Below are positions 60,301-64,000 of a DNA stretch of 64,000 nucleotides, piece after piece (the first letter of the stretch is position 1; each line of letters opens with the position of its first letter). A program made the translations under genes and the position numbers. Source of the DNA: Rhodospirillales bacterium (lineage in GTDB: Bacteria > Pseudomonadota > Alphaproteobacteria > Rhodospirillales > UBA2165); assembly GCA_965221855.1 (NCBI GenBank), contig CBDCSV010000001.1, positions 186,170 to 250,169 of the forward strand, in the 5' to 3' direction. The notes beneath the pieces are model-generated. The model made no database searches, had not been told where the DNA came from, and worked only from the letters and a program-made list of their open reading frames with translations.

Positions 60301-60628
60301 CCAGATAGAGCCGGCAACCGCCCTTTTCGGTCCGCCGTTTGCCGATGGTCAGCAACTGGGAGAGGCGGCCATAGGCGGCCCGGTCCCGCGGAAACACCAG
60401 CAGGCTGGGGGCATCCCGGAGATCCAGCCGGCAGCCCACCACCAGACGCACCCCCGCCGCCTTGGCGGCCACATGGGCGCGAACCACGCCGGCCAGGCTG
60501 TTGCGGTCGGTGATGGCGATGGCCGAATGACCGAGCGTGGCGGCCCGCAGCACCAACTCGCCGGGATGGGATGCGCCCCGGAGGAACGAGTAATTGGAGG
60601 TCACCTGAAGTTCCGCGTACTCGGTCAT
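57353..60628 (-). CDS. dnaE2: Error-prone DNA polymerase DnaE2 (ImuC)
   Basis: SNYSFLRGAS, GRGSAANS, PPDIDVDFE, GFPESH, C-terminal SRDFR tail. Confidence 0.97.
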   Translation of the reverse strand: MTEYAELQVTSNYSFLRGASHPGELVLRAATLGHSAIAITDRNSLAGVVRAHVAAKAAGVRLVVGCRLDLRDAPSLLVFPRDRAAYGRLSQLLTIGKRRTEKGGCRLYLADILDGKTFQGGAGQTAVALPPEKLDAAYDRHLLELKNKFQNNLYLSVKHNYYGDDFRRIYALAARAKQAGIPIVATNDVHYHVPERRPLQDVLTCIREHCPLSEAGYKLMANSERHLKSPEEMARLFADYPAAIENTRRIVAACTFNLDELRYEYPVEPVPEGRSPQEELVRLTGAGARERYPRGVPEKVQKQIGHELDLIGELDYAPYFLTIYDIIRFARGRRILCQGRGSAANSAVCYCLGITAVDPARIDLLFERFVSAERDEPPDIDVDFEHERREEVIQYIYGKYGRDRASLTATVISYRMRSAIREVSKVMGLSEDTIQAVTSLAWRHIKGEVPEDEHIRKAGLDPTDETLRMTIDLAREIQGFPRHLSQHPGGFVITKGPLDTVVPVENAAMEDRTVIEWDKDDLDALGMLKIDVLGLGMLTCIRKAFDLIHRHHGRKMGLADVPAEDPLVYDMLCEGDSVGVFQVESRAQMAMLPRLKPREFYDLVIEVAIVRPGPIQGDMVHPYLRRRNGEEPVAFPSKELEEVLGKTMGVPLFQEQAMKIAIVAAGFTPNEADGLRRAMATFRHTGTIPSFKGKFIDGMVGRGYDPDFAERCFKQIEGFADYGFPESHSASFALLVYISAWIKCRYPAVFAAAILNSQPMGFYAPAQLVRDAREHGVEVRPPDINDSEWECTLEPAYGEAPGMTKGHEEWRDPLDLDMAVRLGFRQIKGFREDDADRLVDRRENGYREAADLRSRGRLNKAALDRLARADAFQSLGLDRRRALWSVTGLTDAAPLPLFEAMDEHEIQAEPAVTLPEIGLGEAVADDYRMMKLSLKAHPMSFLRDDFANRKFITCDKLTEYQPDDWIRIAGVVLIRQRPGSAKGVVFITIEDETGVANIIVWPHTLERYRKTVLGSCLIGIKGRLQREGIVTHIVAHKLHDHAHRLNELATGPRDIPGPPDEFRRPIRNGRRDPREVLGKSPRVLPGSRDFR

Positions 60629-60633
60629 GGCAA

Positions 60634-62247
60634 TCACGCGAAAAAGCCGTGCAGGTACCAGGCGGGCGGACGGTCCGGCCGGTAGAGGCCTTCCCGGTAG
60701 ACCCAGTAGCGTTTTCCGCCTTCATCCTCGAGCCGGTAATAATCCCGGACATGGCGGGAGAGGGGGGCGCCCCCGGTCCGCCACCATTCGGGCGCGATGC
60801 GCTCCGGCCCCTCGGCCCGGGCAACCCGGTGTTGGCGGCGGCGCCAGCGGAACATTACCGGCGGGCCGTCGGGCACCGGCGCCATCACATCGATGGGCAG
60901 CGGCTGGGGCAGCAGTTCCACGGGCCGGGGCGGGCGGCGCCCGGGTCCTTTCCAGTCACTGGCGGTATCTGGCGTACCGATGGCCGGTTGCGCCCGGCTG
61001 GCCCGTTCCGGGAGATGACTTTCCACCGGCCGCACCCGGGTGACGTTGCGGGGCCCCAGCTTGCCCGACAAGCGGTCCACCAGCCGGGCGGTATCGGCCC
61101 GGTTGGCGTCTTTGGCCGGCTCGAGGGCCCAGCCGGCGAGCCCGGTCTGTTTTTCATCCAGATTATTGGTGCGGGCGGCGGCGAGCGCCATGATCTCGAT
61201 CCCGAAGCCGGGGTCGACGCCGTCCAGCTTGTCCCGGAACAGCCGCGCCAAATGCCGGGGATCGCGGGAAGGGCGGCTGGTGCCGACGGTTCGCCGTTCA
61301 GCAGTGCCGTCGGCCCGATAGAGGATGAAATCGAGCTGCCGTGCGCCTTCACCGGCGGCTTCCAGGCCCCGGCAGAGCCGATCGAGCAGGCGGTCGAGCC
61401 CGGCCGCGATATCCTCCGCCCGGCCGATGGGCTCGGCAAAGGCCAGGCGAGCCGCATGGCGCGGCGGCGGGCGGCGGGGAGAGATAGGCTCGTCCGCTTG
61501 CCCCAACGCCTGATCAAGGCGCTTGAGCACGACCCCGCCGAACCGCTTGGCCAGGGGTCCCCGGGGCATCTCCAGAAGATCGCCGATGCGCCGCAATCCC
61601 AGCCGGTCGAGCCCCTCGATGACCGCGCCTTCCAGGCGCAAGGCCGCCACCGGCAACCCCGCCAGGTGCTGGCGCAGCGTGCCCGTTTCCGCAATGGTGA
61701 AGGGGGTGGAATCATTCGTCGCGTGACGGGCCAGCGCCCAGGCCGCCCCCGGCGTATCGGCAAGGCCCGCGCGGGCGCCGATGTTTTGTCCGCCGAGCCA
61801 GCCGGTCAGCCGTTCCAGGAGGGCGGCCTCGCCGCCGAACAGATGGGCGCAACCGGTGATGTCCAGCCATAAGCCGGCACCGAGGCTGCCCCCCATTGCG
61901 CCGCCGCCCCAGACGGGGTCGACGGCGGTCCAGGGGGTGAAACGGGTGCAGGCCTCGGCCAGAAGGTCGAGGGCCTTGAGATCTTCGGCCGGCGCGGCGG
62001 GGTGGACGGCGAGCCCGGGATAAAGGGCGCGGGCATCGGCCAACGGCTGACCCGGAACGATGCCCGCCGCTTCGGCTGCCGGATTGGCTGCCGCGATGCG
62101 GGTTCCGCCGTGAACCCGGGTCACCGTCGCGAGGGGTGTCCCGGCGGATTTGGCATCCGCGGTTCTAGTGGACCCTGTCCGAGAGAGGACGCGGCTCAAC
62201 CGGTCGGTCGCGAAGACCGGCAGCCAGAGCGAGACCGCCCGTTTCAT
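60634..62247 (-). CDS. imuB: ImuB, Y-family polymerase-like
   Basis: LADARA, LWLDITGCAHLFGGE, GPERIAPEWW, RDYYR, WYLHGFFA. Confidence 0.95.
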   Translation of the reverse strand: MKRAVSLWLPVFATDRLSRVLSRTGSTRTADAKSAGTPLATVTRVHGGTRIAAANPAAEAAGIVPGQPLADARALYPGLAVHPAAPAEDLKALDLLAEACTRFTPWTAVDPVWGGGAMGGSLGAGLWLDITGCAHLFGGEAALLERLTGWLGGQNIGARAGLADTPGAAWALARHATNDSTPFTIAETGTLRQHLAGLPVAALRLEGAVIEGLDRLGLRRIGDLLEMPRGPLAKRFGGVVLKRLDQALGQADEPISPRRPPPRHAARLAFAEPIGRAEDIAAGLDRLLDRLCRGLEAAGEGARQLDFILYRADGTAERRTVGTSRPSRDPRHLARLFRDKLDGVDPGFGIEIMALAAARTNNLDEKQTGLAGWALEPAKDANRADTARLVDRLSGKLGPRNVTRVRPVESHLPERASRAQPAIGTPDTASDWKGPGRRPPRPVELLPQPLPIDVMAPVPDGPPVMFRWRRRQHRVARAEGPERIAPEWWRTGGAPLSRHVRDYYRLEDEGGKRYWVYREGLYRPDRPPAWYLHGFFA

Positions 62248-62998
62248 CACACCACTCCACTTCCCAGTTTCTTGGCCAGGCGCGGGTCTTTCCGAACGTG
62301 GTGGAAGCCGCATTCCGGTTGCCGTTTCCGGCCTCGCCGAGCCGGCATCGTTGCAGTTCGAGGCTCCAACTCGGCGGGCTGAAGCCGGGGCCGTCGATTG
62401 GCGCGCCGGGCATTGCCGTGACCCGCCAGCGGGTAAGCGCCGCGCCGGCGGGCGCATGGGGCGTGCCGGGCCGCAGCAACAGGCACATTACGCCGCTCTC
62501 TTCGGCGGCCAGCTGCAGCCGCCGGGCGGCAATGGGAGGGATTTTGTTGACCCGGCCGACCACGCCGATCAGGCCCGGCGTGCGCAAACCTTCCTCCAGG
62601 GCCCATAGAATGTCCGTATCGTTGGCGCCGTGGACCAGGATCATGCGGTCGGGATCGAGGCCGAAAGCCGCGAGGCCTTGGGGATAGAGGGCCCGTTCGC
62701 GCTGACACCAAAGAACCGCGCCGTTCGCGCGAATCCTGCCGAAACCCGCCATCAGGCCCGCGGCAAAGCCGATGGCCGCCGCATCGCCGGAGATTTCGTG
62801 GAGGCCATGGCCGGGGAGACCGTTCCAAGGCAGCGCCCGGTCGAGGGTCTCGTCGCCGAGGGAGAGGACGTGTTCCGCCGCAACCGCGGCGCGGCCTCGC
62901 TCAATGGCGCGAATTTGCGTTTTGAGGTCGTCAAGAACCGCGGAATTCGGGACTTGTCGGGGGTCTTCCTGGTGTACCCGTACCGCCTGGGATTGCAT
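62165..62998 (-). CDS. imuA: ImuA, RecA-like
   Basis: GLHEI, GLAAFGLDP, LWALEEGLR, ARRLQLAAE, TRWRV. Confidence 0.92.
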   Translation of the reverse strand: MQSQAVRVHQEDPRQVPNSAVLDDLKTQIRAIERGRAAVAAEHVLSLGDETLDRALPWNGLPGHGLHEISGDAAAIGFAAGLMAGFGRIRANGAVLWCQRERALYPQGLAAFGLDPDRMILVHGANDTDILWALEEGLRTPGLIGVVGRVNKIPPIAARRLQLAAEESGVMCLLLRPGTPHAPAGAALTRWRVTAMPGAPIDGPGFSPPSWSLELQRCRLGEAGNGNRNAASTTFGKTRAWPRNWEVEWCDETGGLALAAGLRDRPVEPRPLSDRVH

Positions 62999-63022
62999 GG
63001 CTTTTGCCTGTTCTCATTGAAT

Positions 63023-63037
63023 GTTCTCTTTTTGTTC
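63023..63037. promoter_or_regulatory. Alphaproteobacterial LexA (SOS) box
   Basis: GTTC-TCTTTTT-GTTC upstream of imuA; extra GTTC at 63010 and GAAC at 63045. Confidence 0.9.
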
Positions 63038-63087
63038 TATTTTGGAACAAGGCCCGAGTCAACCGCCAATTTCACCAGCCGGACCGG

Positions 63088-64000
63088 CTACCGGAAACGT
63101 CGGAGAGAGAAATCCTGGAGATCGAGATCCGTGGGTGAGCCGGAAATCACGTCGGCAATGGCTTTGCCGGAACCCGCGCCAAGGGTCCAGCCCAATGTCC
63201 CATGCCCCGTATTGAGATACAGATTCCCGAGCGGCGTGGTTCCGATGAGCGGCAGGCCGTCCGGCGTCATGGGCCGAAGCCCCGTCCAGAAGGTGGCCTC
63301 GTCGAAATTGCCGGCCGACGGGAACTGATAGCGGGCCTTCTCCAGGATTGAACGGGCGCGTCTTTCATTGAGGCTGGTGTCGAACCCGGCAAACTCCGCC
63401 GTGCCCGCGACCCGCATCCGCTCGCCCAGCCGGCTGAAGACCAATTTGTTGTCCTCGTCGGTGATGCTCACCGACGGCGCGCCGTTGTGACCGCCGGTCG
63501 GCACCGTGACCGAATAGCCTTTGGTGGGATAGATGGGCAGTTTGATTCCAAAGGGCTTGACCAACCGAACCCCGTAGGCGGCCAGGGAGAGCACATAGGC
63601 ATCGGCGGAAACGACCCCCTGGTTGGTGGCCGCGCCGGTCACCTGCCCGAGTTCGACGCCGAGTTGTTCGATCTCGACGCCGTAGCGGAAGTCGGCGCCT
63701 TGAGCCTCGCAGTAATCGGCAAGTTCGGTGCAAAACAGGTGAGCATCGCCGCTTTCATCGCCGGGCGAGTAGATGCCCCCGGCGAGTTCATCGCGCCGGG
63801 TCTCGAGAGCGGGTTCGATCTCGAGACAAGCGTCCACATCGAGGGTGCGCATCTCGCATCCGAGATCGATGATCTGCCGCGACGCCCTCGAAGCCGCGAG
63901 CAACTCGTCATTGTTCCTGAAGATCTGAAGAATGCCCCCGCTCTGCTGGTGATATTGAATACCGGTCTCGTCCCGAATGACGGCGAGCAGAAACCGGCTG
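63088..64000 (-). CDS. dadA: D-amino acid dehydrogenase (5' end outside the window)
   Basis: GDAHLF, IYPTKGYS, RVAGTAE, WTGLRPMTPD, NTGHGTLGWT. Confidence 0.88.
   Translation of the reverse strand, partial: SRFLLAVIRDETGIQYHQQSGGILQIFRNNDELLAASRASRQIIDLGCEMRTLDVDACLEIEPALETRRDELAGGIYSPGDESGDAHLFCTELADYCEAQGADFRYGVEIEQLGVELGQVTGAATNQGVVSADAYVLSLAAYGVRLVKPFGIKLPIYPTKGYSVTVPTGGHNGAPSVSITDEDNKLVFSRLGERMRVAGTAEFAGFDTSLNERRARSILEKARYQFPSAGNFDEATFWTGLRPMTPDGLPLIGTTPLGNLYLNTGHGTLGWTLGAGSGKAIADVISGSPTDLDLQDFSLRRFR

Overview
GC-rich alphaproteobacterial (Rhodospirillales-like, inferred from eipB, the NDUFS4-like gene, GTTC-N7-GTTC LexA box and CtrA box) chromosomal window with heavy IS activity: two IS256, five IS630 (three apparently identical copies), one ISAs1 and IS remnants. 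Housekeeping content: eipB, xdhC/mocA-like plus coxS/coxM without a large subunit, a 10-gene Mrp-type Na+/H+ antiporter operon, a TPP-riboswitch-controlled thiZXY transporter, tRNA-Pro, tRNA-Arg, imuA-imuB-dnaE2 and a partial dadA. Accessory content: a lower-GC TRAP/GST/cupin islet and about 28 kb of catabolic genes (three ThDP enzymes, TphB-like PdxA-family dehydrogenase, DesZ-like dioxygenase, LigI-like lactonase, LigF/PcpC-like GSTs, barbiturase-like hydrolase). No CRISPR array, rRNA, prophage or defence system was seen. The most interesting signals are IS630 elements that sit in CTAG stop codons and carry a conserved triple-GANTC end motif, orphan aromatic/heterocycle catabolic enzymes, nested intergenic repeat families, and a candidate structured small RNA near 30.3-30.45 kb. 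All family assignments are from motif recognition and recalled sequences, not database searches.
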